The notes under the pieces: generated by a model
What the model was told of the DNA's origin: nothing
Seen by the model: the letters and a program-made list of their open reading frames with translations, nothing else
Databases searched by the model: none
Program-made: the position numbers and the translations under genes
DNA from: Candidatus Saccharimonadota bacterium
Lineage (GTDB): Bacteria; Patescibacteriota; Saccharimonadia; Saccharimonadales; SLHW01
DNA: 30,066 nt
Direction of reading: 5' to 3'
Assembly (NCBI GenBank): GCA_007132685.1
Contig: SLOC01000057.1
Span: 1-30,066, forward strand
Shown: piece after piece, positions 7,637 to 16,587 of the stretch
Numbering within the stretch: the stretch's first letter is position 1
Layout: every line of letters begins with the position of its first letter

Positions 7637-10237
7637 ATGAAGCGAATAGTAAAGCACGTGCTTGGCGACCCACAAATCAGAACATTGCGTCGCCTGAGAA
7701 AGCGCCAGAAAGAAGTCAATGCCAGAGCCGACACCTATAAGAAGATGTCGGATGCCAAACTCAAGAAGCAGACCGCTGCATTAAAGAAGCGCCTTAAAAA
7801 AGAATCTCTCGATGCGATATTGCCTGATGCGTTCGCAGTAGTACGAGAAGTCGCTGACCGCACCGTTGGCATGCGCCACTTTGATGTACAGATTATCGGC
7901 GGCATCGGGCTTCACGAAGGGAGCGTGACTGAGATGAAGACTGGTGAGGGCAAGACTCTCGTCGCAACCGCGCCAGTATATCTCAACGCACTTACGGAAA
8001 AAGGCGTGCACGTGGTTACCGTCAATGATTATCTAGCACAACGTGACGCTGGCTGGATGGCGCAAATCTATGACTTTTTAGGTTTGAGTGTCGGTGTTAT
8101 CATCGCGAACGAATCTTTTGTCTACGACACCTCATTTAGCAATGACGATCATGATGATCCACGGTTCAAGCATCTCAAGCCATGTACTCGCCGTGAGGCT
8201 TACGAGGCCGACATCACCTATGGAACGAACAACGAATTCGGCTTTGACTATTTGCGTGACAATATGGTGCGCGAAGTTGGGCAATTGCGCCAACGTGATT
8301 TGCACTATGCGATTGTCGACGAAGTTGACTCGATTCTGATTGACGAGGCTCGAACGCCGCTTATCATCTCTGCGCCTTCAGTGACGAGCGGTAGTGCCTA
8401 TGCACAGTTTGCCAAGGTAGTCCGCCCACTAAAGCGCGACGAGCACTTCGAAGTCGATGAGAAGCGCAGAACTGTAATTCTTACCGACGAAGGGGTTGAA
8501 AAAGTCCAAAAAACACTTGGTGTCGATAACATCTATGGGTCTGAACACATTCGTACGATTTACCACCTCGAACAAGCGCTCAAGGCAGAGGCAATCTTCA
8601 AGCGAGACAAAGACTACGTGGTTACCAATGATGGTGAAGTAGTAATCGTCGACGAATTTACCGGTCGTCTGATGCACGGTCGCCGTTATAATGAAGGCCT
8701 ACACCAGGCAATTGAGGCAAAAGAGGGCGTCGAGGTACAGCAGGAGTCCATGACGCTAGCGACCGTATCATTCCAGAACTACTTCCGTTTGTACGAAAAG
8801 CTAGCTGGTATGACCGGTACTGCTATGACCGAGAGTGAAGAGTTTCATCAGATTTATAAGCTCGATAGTGTAGAGATACCACCGAACAAGCCACTGATTC
8901 GCAAAGACCACCCAGACAGGATTTATCGAACTGAGAAGGGTAAATTCCGGGCTATTTTTCGGCAAGTGCAGGCGCTCCACCAAAAAGGCCAGCCAGTGCT
9001 AATCGGTACTAATTCGATTGAAAAGAACGAATTACTCAGCGAATGGCTGAAAGACGAGGGTGTCCCGCACGAAGTCCTAAATGCAAAAAACAACGAGAAA
9101 GAGGCGGCGATTGTTGCCAAGGCCGGTCAAAAAGGTGCCGTAACGCTAGCTACCAACATCGCTGGTCGTGGTACCGACATTGTGCTTGGTGAAGGGGTCA
9201 AAGAGCTCGGTGGCTTGTTTGTACTCGGTGCGGAGCGTAATGAATCACGCCGCGTTGATAACCAGTTGCGTGGTCGATCCGGTCGTCAAGGTGACCCGGG
9301 CGCGAGTCAGTTCTACGTGAGCACGGAAGACCACTTGATGCGAGTGTTTGGTGGCGACAAAATCGGCAACTTTATGAATCGCATGGGCGCTGATGATGAG
9401 ACGCCAATCGAGAGCCGCTTTATCAGCCGTAGCCTGGAGGCAGCACAGAAGCGCGTTGAGGGATACAACTACGATGCTCGTAAAAACGTGGTGAAATACG
9501 ACGACGTAATGAACCGACATCGTCGTGCTACCTACACTATGCGCCGGGAAATACTTCTCGAAACAGATATCAAAAAGCGTATTAAGATTTTCATCGAAGA
9601 AGAAGCGGGTAAAATGGCAGCTTCACCACTACTCACAACTGAAAAGTTTGAGTCAATCGTGACTCACGTGTTCCCGCTCGATGACCCGGCGCTGGATCGC
9701 TTGTTCGACACTGACGCCGATCTATTTGAGAAATCCTTAGTCAAGGAGGCAAACGAGGCGTATGACGAGAAAGAATTTGCCTTCACACCGGAAATTATGC
9801 GTAAAGTTGAACGCGATGTGTACCTGCAAATCCTGGATAATTTATGGATGCAACACCTTGAGAACATGAGCCACTTACGTGAAGGTATCCACTGGATAAG
9901 TGTTGGGCAGCGGGATCCGTTGGTCGAATATCGTCGTCAGGGTCAGCGCTTGTTTGAGGAAATGCAAGGAAGTCTACGCCACGATGTACTTCGTACGCTC
10001 TTCCACGCTGAACCGGTCAGCAAGGAACAGCTCGAGCAGCCAGTAGAGACCGAACTAACCAAGGCGGCTCGTCACTCAGTAAGTAATGCGAACCAAATCC
10101 AGCGCTCTGAACAACACTCCGAGTCTGAATACACCTCCAAGCGTAAAGAGGTTCGCCAGAAGCAACGCCAACAACAAAAACGCAAGAAGACGCGCAAAGC
10201 CGAGCGACAACGCAAAAAAGCCCACCGCAGAAAGTAG
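7637..10237 (+). CDS. secA: Preprotein translocase ATPase SecA (start placed at ATG 7637 rather than GTG 7589)
   Basis: EMKTGEGKT, VNDYLAQRD, DEVDSILIDEARTPLIIS, ATNIAGRGTDI, DNQLRGRSGRQGDPG. No C-terminal SEC-C Cys motif. Confidence 0.98.
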   Translation: MKRIVKHVLGDPQIRTLRRLRKRQKEVNARADTYKKMSDAKLKKQTAALKKRLKKESLDAILPDAFAVVREVADRTVGMRHFDVQIIGGIGLHEGSVTEMKTGEGKTLVATAPVYLNALTEKGVHVVTVNDYLAQRDAGWMAQIYDFLGLSVGVIIANESFVYDTSFSNDDHDDPRFKHLKPCTRREAYEADITYGTNNEFGFDYLRDNMVREVGQLRQRDLHYAIVDEVDSILIDEARTPLIISAPSVTSGSAYAQFAKVVRPLKRDEHFEVDEKRRTVILTDEGVEKVQKTLGVDNIYGSEHIRTIYHLEQALKAEAIFKRDKDYVVTNDGEVVIVDEFTGRLMHGRRYNEGLHQAIEAKEGVEVQQESMTLATVSFQNYFRLYEKLAGMTGTAMTESEEFHQIYKLDSVEIPPNKPLIRKDHPDRIYRTEKGKFRAIFRQVQALHQKGQPVLIGTNSIEKNELLSEWLKDEGVPHEVLNAKNNEKEAAIVAKAGQKGAVTLATNIAGRGTDIVLGEGVKELGGLFVLGAERNESRRVDNQLRGRSGRQGDPGASQFYVSTEDHLMRVFGGDKIGNFMNRMGADDETPIESRFISRSLEAAQKRVEGYNYDARKNVVKYDDVMNRHRRATYTMRREILLETDIKKRIKIFIEEEAGKMAASPLLTTEKFESIVTHVFPLDDPALDRLFDTDADLFEKSLVKEANEAYDEKEFAFTPEIMRKVERDVYLQILDNLWMQHLENMSHLREGIHWISVGQRDPLVEYRRQGQRLFEEMQGSLRHDVLRTLFHAEPVSKEQLEQPVETELTKAARHSVSNANQIQRSEQHSESEYTSKRKEVRQKQRQQQKRKKTRKAERQRKKAHRRK

Positions 10238-10249
10238 AGTCAAGAAGCC

Positions 10250-11545
10250 GTGCAACACAGTGTTACCGAACTTACCTTATCTAATGGCGCTAAAGGACTA
10301 TTAATTCACATCCCGACAGCAACGGTGATGTATAGCGAGTTTAGCTTTCGGGCAGGTGAATATCTTGTAGATAGAGACAAGTGGGAGACGCCACATATTA
10401 TGGAGCACATGGTGCTCGGCGCTAATGAGCTCGTACCTAAAGCGCGTCAATTCCAGGCTGAATTTGAGAAAAACGGTGCTTACAGTAACGCCAGTACCAG
10501 CAGCTACGACATTAGTTACGAGGCAGAGTGTGCTGACTTTGAGTGGGACAGGATACTAGATTTACTCAAAATTGCGATAACTAAACCGCTGTTTTTGCCG
10601 GAGGAGTTTGATGCGGAGTTTGGCAACGTGCGCGAGGAGCTCAACTCCCGATCGAACAATCATTTTCGCAACCTGAGCCTAGGCATGCGCAAACAATTTG
10701 GTTTTTACGCGCTAACTGACAAAGAGCGCCTCAAGCTCATGAACAACGTGACGATAGACGACATTCGCGAACACTTTACCAATACGCACACTACTCGAAA
10801 TCTTCGTTTTATTATTGCCGGCAAACTGCCGATGAAACGACGTAAGTTAATCCGTAGTTTGCTTGAGAATATGGAACTACCAGAAGGGGAAGTGCGAGCG
10901 CCGCTGCCAAACGAGGAGCCGCAGCCTTTTACAGCACCACTATACATTCATAACCCAACCGTCAAGAACATGTACTTTTACCTGGATACATTTATGACTC
11001 GTCAAATGCGTGACCCAGAACAAGACGCACTCAACTTAGTCAACAATATGCTCACGGCTACGTTGTATTCCCGTATTCTAGGTACCGCCCGCGAAAAAGG
11101 ACTGGTCTATGGCATGAGCTCTGGCGTTAACCAGACTAAGCTGGCGAGCAATTGGTGGTTTGGCTCTCAGGTAATGCCGAAGAATGCCGAAGCTTTATTT
11201 GAGATTATTAGCAGGGAACTACAGGCAGTGTTTGAAGGAAAGATCAGCGAAGAGGACACACAGGCCGCTAAACAGTACGCGCTTGGACGTTTTCAGCGCA
11301 GTGGGCAGACGGTTGCCGGGGTTGCGATTGGTTACGCGAACCGATATTTCTTTGATGACCAGATTGATGATTATTACAAAATGCCAGAACGGATACGCGC
11401 TGTGTCTCGCAATCGGATCGTAAGTATTACGCAGAGCATGTTCCATGACAATATCTGGGGTGTTGGGGTGCTCGGCAGTGTTGGCAAGGAGTATACGAAA
11501 AAGCTCGAAGATATCGTCGCGCCACTCTGGCAACTTGGAAAATAG
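10250..11545 (+). CDS. M16 family (insulinase/pitrilysin-like) zinc peptidase
   Basis: Inverted zinc motif HIMEH, NASTS, VREE, REKGLVYG and RY. GTG start. Confidence 0.87.
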   Translation: MQHSVTELTLSNGAKGLLIHIPTATVMYSEFSFRAGEYLVDRDKWETPHIMEHMVLGANELVPKARQFQAEFEKNGAYSNASTSSYDISYEAECADFEWDRILDLLKIAITKPLFLPEEFDAEFGNVREELNSRSNNHFRNLSLGMRKQFGFYALTDKERLKLMNNVTIDDIREHFTNTHTTRNLRFIIAGKLPMKRRKLIRSLLENMELPEGEVRAPLPNEEPQPFTAPLYIHNPTVKNMYFYLDTFMTRQMRDPEQDALNLVNNMLTATLYSRILGTAREKGLVYGMSSGVNQTKLASNWWFGSQVMPKNAEALFEIISRELQAVFEGKISEEDTQAAKQYALGRFQRSGQTVAGVAIGYANRYFFDDQIDDYYKMPERIRAVSRNRIVSITQSMFHDNIWGVGVLGSVGKEYTKKLEDIVAPLWQLGK

Positions 11546-11580
11546 TACCTGCTCTCACTCTGTACAAAGCACAACAAGTA

Positions 11581-11589
11581 TGTTATACT
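11581..11589 (+). promoter_or_regulatory. Extended -10 (TGtTATACT) upstream of the M48 peptidase gene
   Basis: Motif lies in the intergenic gap, followed by an A-rich leader without an SD. Confidence 0.5.
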
Positions 11590-11620
11590 CGCGCCTAGCG
11601 TTAATCAAAAACAAAAACCT

Positions 11621-12457
11621 ATGTCACCACAGCAACCGCCAACGTCCACCTCTGTATCGTCATCGTCTCCGCCTCAACAGCCCAACTTGTTGAAAGTTGC
11701 CAAAGAGCGCATGGATGCAGTTGTTCTTATGCTGACAGCCATGTTTTTAGGCGGGCTGTTTTTATTGAGCGGGGTAGCGCTAGACATAGGGCTGATTATT
11801 TTCTTTGCAATAGTGCTCGGAGGAATCTTATTCTATATCAGATTGTTCCAAATCGGCTTTTTGGGCAATGCCCTCCGGGTTCAGTCCGGTAAGCACGCGC
11901 ACCTATTAGAGATGGTTAACGAGATTTCAGCTACTCTTGCCATGCCAACGGTAGATGTTTTTATTACGCAGGATCCTTACTTGAACGCATTTGCAGTAGG
12001 GTACCACCACCCATACACTATCGTGCTACACTCAGCGACCGTCGACGAGTTGACACCAGACGAATTAAAAGCAGTTTTAGTACACGAAATGGGGCACATT
12101 AAATACAAACACACTATTATCACTGCCTATACACAGCCGATGAGCGTGCTTGTGCCAGTGCTCGGCCCGATTGTGGCCTGGTCTTTTGGTTTTTGGTCAC
12201 GGAGAGCAGAACTAACGTGTGATCGGCTCGCAACGGCATACGTCGGCAGCCCTCATACGGTCGCATCAGCGCTGATGAAAAATCATGTTGGCTCGAAATT
12301 TGCTGCCTACCTGACTGAAGAGGGAGTATATCAGCAGGATGTCTACAGTAAGGGGGCTATGCGTCAATTGTCACAGTCGCTGTCAACTCATCCTTTCTTG
12401 GTTACTCGTGTTAGAGAAGTTATGGAATTCGCAAAACGTAGCGGAATAGTACAATAA
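11621..12457 (+). CDS. M48 family (HtpX/Ste24-like) membrane zinc metalloprotease
   Basis: Two N-terminal TM helices, LNAFAVG, ELKAVLVHEMGHIK, SRRAELTCDR and STHP..RV. Confidence 0.87.
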   Translation: MSPQQPPTSTSVSSSSPPQQPNLLKVAKERMDAVVLMLTAMFLGGLFLLSGVALDIGLIIFFAIVLGGILFYIRLFQIGFLGNALRVQSGKHAHLLEMVNEISATLAMPTVDVFITQDPYLNAFAVGYHHPYTIVLHSATVDELTPDELKAVLVHEMGHIKYKHTIITAYTQPMSVLVPVLGPIVAWSFGFWSRRAELTCDRLATAYVGSPHTVASALMKNHVGSKFAAYLTEEGVYQQDVYSKGAMRQLSQSLSTHPFLVTRVREVMEFAKRSGIVQ

Positions 12458-12483
12458 AAACAAAAACAAAAAGGAAATAATCT

Positions 12484-13512
12484 ATGCCACCGCAACAAAC
12501 ACCAGGAAATTCAGTACAACCAGGGGGTCAGCCGCAGCAGTCAGGCACTCCTCCGCCAACCCCGAATGGCGCACTGCCGCAGCAGCCTGCAAGCCAACCA
12601 TCAGCACCACAGCAGCCACCCCAGCCAGCAGCACCGCCACCCCAGCCTCAAACACCAACACCTGCACCAGTACCACCTGTCTCGGGGCCTAGTGGACAGC
12701 AGCCTGCAAGCCAACCACCAGCAGCACCACAGCAGCCAACCCAACCACCACCGCCACCCCAGCCTCGACCTCCTGTTCCAGCACAGGGTGCACCTGGGCA
12801 ACAGGCAGTTCAACCACAGCAGTTCAACGCTGGGCAACAAAACTTCCAGTACCCAGCTACACCAAAACCAAATAAGCTCAAGAAAGCTCTTCTGGTAGGT
12901 GGTGGTGGCCTCATCGCGATTCTGTCATTAGTCTTTGGTGTCATGTTTGCCTTGGGCTTTGTTGGCGGCATTTCCTACGATGAGCTTACGCGAACGGCGA
13001 CCACTTCAGATACAGAAGAAAACATATCAATCAGACACCCAGTTGAAATGAAGGAAGTCTACATAGGCTCAACCGGTATGGAGTTAACCCACTCAGACGA
13101 AGAGAGCGGCGGTATGTATAGTCAAGTGTATATTGACAGTATATTTCTCGGCCAAGGACTTGGGGATGTTCGTGACGAATTAACAAGCAACCTTACAGAT
13201 AACGAGAGCGAACTGTATCAAGAGATAGTACGTGATTTTTCAAATCAGCCCGATGAGCGTCGAAATTTCGAGATTGGCGACTTCCGAGAAGTTGACATCG
13301 ATAATATCGAAGGCATCCTGGCGTCAAGCGTTAGTTTCGATATCCCTCTCGCTACAGATGAAGATGAGTATGTTCCGGTGAGCGGAGAAATTATGTATGT
13401 TTTCGGTGAAGAGAAACTTTTCATCGTCGTTGTCACAGCGCTGGATGAAGTATATCGAGGTAATCAGTCGATATTTAATGAAATGATTGATAGCTTGCGC
13501 TTTGAATCATAA
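12484..13512 (+). CDS. Pro/Gln-rich single-pass membrane protein with an acidic C-terminal domain (possibly PsbP/DcrB-like)
   Basis: About 125 aa of P/Q low complexity, KKxLKK followed by a TM helix, then a D/E-rich globular domain. Confidence 0.6.
   Translation: MPPQQTPGNSVQPGGQPQQSGTPPPTPNGALPQQPASQPSAPQQPPQPAAPPPQPQTPTPAPVPPVSGPSGQQPASQPPAAPQQPTQPPPPPQPRPPVPAQGAPGQQAVQPQQFNAGQQNFQYPATPKPNKLKKALLVGGGGLIAILSLVFGVMFALGFVGGISYDELTRTATTSDTEENISIRHPVEMKEVYIGSTGMELTHSDEESGGMYSQVYIDSIFLGQGLGDVRDELTSNLTDNESELYQEIVRDFSNQPDERRNFEIGDFREVDIDNIEGILASSVSFDIPLATDEDEYVPVSGEIMYVFGEEKLFIVVVTALDEVYRGNQSIFNEMIDSLRFES
12580..12766 (+). repeat. Imperfect direct repeat of about 70 bp (12580-12649 and 12697-12766) inside the P/Q-rich coding region
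   Basis: Both copies start with an identical 21-mer cagcagcctgcaagccaacca and end in ccgccaccccagcctc. Confidence 0.85.
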
Positions 13513-13517
13513 ATAGT

Positions 13518-13526
13518 TGCTATACT
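13518..13526 (+). promoter_or_regulatory. Extended -10 (TGcTATACT), 7 nt before the prfB GTG; probable leaderless mRNA
   Basis: Motif and spacing read directly; no SD. Confidence 0.55.
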
Positions 13527-13533
13527 ACACCTT

Positions 13534-14622
13534 GTGAAACAGTTAGCAATAGAATGCAATACATTACTCAACGAGGTGCAGGATGCTATAAGCAGCCTCA
13601 AAATTCGCGAACTTGAAACAGAGCGCAACGCGCTCGCTGACGATATGGCGTCTGCCGACTTCTGGAACCATAATGAAATGGCAGCGAGAAAATCCAAGCG
13701 TCACGCTCGGCTTGAGGAGCAAGTGACGCCATGGCTTGAGCTAGAGCAGCAACTAGCTGAGCTGGTGGAGCTTACTGCGACAGGAGACGAGTTGCTTACC
13801 TCAGAAATATCTGAGCAACTGGCACGCCTAGAGCAGCGGTTAGCCAAAATGAAGCAGCAGCTTATGTTCCGTGGCAAATACGATAACTACGATGTTATCT
13901 TAACCATTCATGCAGGAGCAGGGGGAACTGATGCTCAAGATTGGGCTGGGATGCTGTTGCGTATGTATAGTCGATGGGCGAGCAAGCAGAGCAGTGTAGA
14001 GGTGAGCCTTATAACCGAATCAGCAGGTGATGAAGCGGGGATAAAAAGTGCCTCACTAGAATTAATTGGTCCATTTATGTACGGAAAACTGCAGGGCGAG
14101 CATGGGGTGCATCGACTCGTACGGCAGAGCCCGTTTAATAGTGATAACTTACGTCAAACGAGCTTCGCTATGGTAGAAGTTATGCCAAAAGTTGATGAGC
14201 CAAAAGCAGTGGCTATCGATGACAAAGATATTAAAATTGATGTATATCGGAGCGGGGGGCGCGGAGGCCAATCGGTTAACACGACTGATTCGGCAGTTCG
14301 GGTAACGCACATCCCCACCGGCGTTACCGTTACTATTCAAAATGAACGCTCACAGCTACAAAACAAAGAGGCAGCACTGACGATACTTCGATCTCGGCTT
14401 CTGCAGCTCTCGCTACAGCAACACGTAGAGAGAGTCGAAGAGCTAAAAGGTCCTTCGACTTCAGCAGAGTGGGGGAATCAGATACGTAATTACGTCCTGC
14501 ACCCATATAAGCAAGTCAAGGATTTGCGAACCAAACATGAAGTCAAAGACCCAGACAGTGTACTAGATGGCAACATAGATGAATTTATAGACGCCTACTT
14601 AGAGTACAGTTTAAAGAGTTAA
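13534..14622 (+). CDS. prfB: Peptide chain release factor 2, continuous ORF
   Basis: GAGGTDAQDW, GEHGVHRLVRQSPF (SPF motif), GGRGGQSVNTTDSAVR, QNERSQLQNK, WGNQIRNYV. Confidence 0.97.
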   Translation: MKQLAIECNTLLNEVQDAISSLKIRELETERNALADDMASADFWNHNEMAARKSKRHARLEEQVTPWLELEQQLAELVELTATGDELLTSEISEQLARLEQRLAKMKQQLMFRGKYDNYDVILTIHAGAGGTDAQDWAGMLLRMYSRWASKQSSVEVSLITESAGDEAGIKSASLELIGPFMYGKLQGEHGVHRLVRQSPFNSDNLRQTSFAMVEVMPKVDEPKAVAIDDKDIKIDVYRSGGRGGQSVNTTDSAVRVTHIPTGVTVTIQNERSQLQNKEAALTILRSRLLQLSLQQHVERVEELKGPSTSAEWGNQIRNYVLHPYKQVKDLRTKHEVKDPDSVLDGNIDEFIDAYLEYSLKS

Positions 14623-14663
14623 ATTATAATAAAATTATAATAGTATTATAATAATATTATAAT
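14623..14663. repeat. Four copies of the palindromic 8-mer ATTATAAT at an 11-bp period
   Basis: Copies start at 14623, 14634, 14645 and 14656, separated by the 3-nt spacers aaa, agt and aat. Confidence 0.9.
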
Positions 14664-14854
14664 GTAAATTTATTAACTATATCTCGATAGTATTCTGTTG
14701 GCGGCTGTAGTTGGGCCTTGTCGGGCGATATCGAGCTAACAATATGTAGTATGCAAAACAATGAATCTATAGAGGGGTGTATTGTATGTATAGAAAAGTA
14801 GAGTATATTGTCGATTGTATTATGTATTCCGTGAATATATAATAAACTACGCTT

Positions 14855-15535
14855 ATGATTTTATTAGACCGTGTTTCGAAAGTGTACGGCAAAGAAGTGT
14901 CGGCACTTGACAGAATATCTTTGCATGTCGAGCAGGATGAATTCGTTATCATTATTGGTAGTTCCGGCGCCGGAAAGTCTACACTACTCAAGCTGTTAAC
15001 TCGTGAGGAAAAGCAGACATCTGGCAAAATTGTGATTGGCAACATTGATTATGACAAGCTAAAAGATAAAGAGATACCGTATTTACGTCGTAAAATCGGT
15101 GTAGTCTTCCAGGACTTTAAGCTACTGCCGAATAAAAACGTCTTTGAAAATGTAGCGTTTGCGCTAGAAATCGTTGGTCACTCTAGCCGAGAAATCAAAC
15201 ATACTGTACCGAAGGTGCTCAATGTTGTCGGGTTGCGTGGCAAAGAGAAGCGGATGCCGGCTGAATTATCTGGTGGTGAACGACAGCGAGTGTCGATTGC
15301 CCGGGCAATTGTACGTCAACCGAAGATATTAGTAGCAGATGAGCCGACCGGAAACCTTGACCCTCGCCACGCGTGGGATATTATCCGTATCTTAGAGAAA
15401 ATTAACCGATTCGGTACAACAGTACTGTTAACAACCCATAATCAAGAGATAGTAAATAAGCTGAAGCGACGAGTGGTAACAATCCAAGATGGTCGCATTG
15501 TGAGCGATAAGGCTCACGGAGAGTATAAGTCATGA
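14855..15535 (+). CDS. ftsE: Cell division ABC ATPase FtsE
   Basis: GSSGAGKST, LRRKIGVVFQDFKLL, LSGGERQRVSIARA, ADEPTGNLDP, TTH. ATGA overlap with ftsX. Confidence 0.95.
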   Translation: MILLDRVSKVYGKEVSALDRISLHVEQDEFVIIIGSSGAGKSTLLKLLTREEKQTSGKIVIGNIDYDKLKDKEIPYLRRKIGVVFQDFKLLPNKNVFENVAFALEIVGHSSREIKHTVPKVLNVVGLRGKEKRMPAELSGGERQRVSIARAIVRQPKILVADEPTGNLDPRHAWDIIRILEKINRFGTTVLLTTHNQEIVNKLKRRVVTIQDGRIVSDKAHGEYKS

Positions 15536-16488
15536 AGCGAGATAGAAGTCTAAAGCGTTGGTTGATTACGGTAGCCCGGCTAACACTGGGTGGTATCCGC
15601 AATCTCTTTCGTAATGCGTGGTTAAGTATCGCGGCGATGGCGGTGATGTTCGTAGCGCTAGGGATACTGTTCTTTACGGTGGTACTTAACGTGACGACGA
15701 GCAATGCCATTACTGAATTATCGAGAAATCTTAAAGTCTCGGTCTATCTCGAAGATGATATAAATGATGAGCAGCGCTTTGAGCTGGAAACTGCCTTGGC
15801 TTCGAGTCCTTATACCGCGGATCTAGAATATATATCCAAAGATGATGCTCGCGCCCGTTTTGTTGAAAACTTCCGCGATGACGAGGCTTTGCTTGAAGGG
15901 CTATTCTTGGTAGGTGACGATTCATTGCCCGCATCATATGAGGTGAGCGCGATGAGCCTAGATGATTTTGATCGGATTGAGGCGATAGCTACAGAAGAAA
16001 GATTTGAGGAAACAATCGAAAGCATTACACTTGGCCGGACTGATGCTCGCGCCACGATAGAAAGAGCTGCATCAGCCCAGGCGTTTATTACGAGCGCTAG
16101 CGCACTCGCGGCGATTATTTTTACCGTTATATCAGTTTTGATAATTTTTAATACAATTCGAATCGCGATATTTACCCGAAATGAAGAAATCCGAAACATG
16201 AAGCTGATTGGCGCGACACCGTGGTACATCAGAGGTCCGTTTATTGTTGAAGCGAGCATGTATGGAGTCATATCAGGGCTTCTAGCGGTGTTGGCGGTCT
16301 ACGGCATTATCTATAGTATTGGGCCGAATATCGCTAATCAGGACGAATTTAGAGCGACCTTCGAACTCTTTACGCAGACGAGCACCGTTTTGCTGGCGAC
16401 TATTGCAACGGTAGTAGCCGGGATTATCGTCGGTGCGTTCTCGAGCTTGCTGGCGATGCGCAAATATTTGCGCTTAAAACACTGGTAG
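15532..16488 (+). CDS. ftsX: Cell division permease-like protein FtsX
   Basis: RNLFRNAWLSIAA, large extracellular loop, IFNTIRIAIFTRNEEIRNMKLIGATPWYIRGPF. Follows ftsE. Confidence 0.92.
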   Translation: MKRDRSLKRWLITVARLTLGGIRNLFRNAWLSIAAMAVMFVALGILFFTVVLNVTTSNAITELSRNLKVSVYLEDDINDEQRFELETALASSPYTADLEYISKDDARARFVENFRDDEALLEGLFLVGDDSLPASYEVSAMSLDDFDRIEAIATEERFEETIESITLGRTDARATIERAASAQAFITSASALAAIIFTVISVLIIFNTIRIAIFTRNEEIRNMKLIGATPWYIRGPFIVEASMYGVISGLLAVLAVYGIIYSIGPNIANQDEFRATFELFTQTSTVLLATIATVVAGIIVGAFSSLLAMRKYLRLKHW

Positions 16489-16518
16489 ATCCGCAGCCGG
16501 CCATTCGGGTAAAAGCGC

Positions 16519-16547
16519 TTGTGCTCACAAGGGTTTTCCGCTATAAT
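16519..16547 (+). promoter_or_regulatory. Sigma70-type promoter TTGTGC-N17-TATAAT for the CHAP hydrolase gene
   Basis: Perfect -10 at 16542-16547; the -35 lies inside the palindrome CTTGTG-ct-CACAAG. Confidence 0.5.
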
Positions 16548-16587
16548 TGCGCCCAAGTCTAAAACATAAAAAGACGCTCAAGCAAAA

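Noticed and set aside
14683-14735. 7-bp inverted repeat CTCGATA/TATCGAG
   Set aside because: The loop is 39 nt with no further pairing; within chance expectation.
14623-14835. oriC or dif site in the AT-rich gap
   Set aside because: I found no TTATCCACA-like DnaA boxes. TTATGTATTCC (14820-30) and ATAATGTAAAT only partly match a XerD arm and have no ATAA-ending XerC arm. Only the repeat array is reported.
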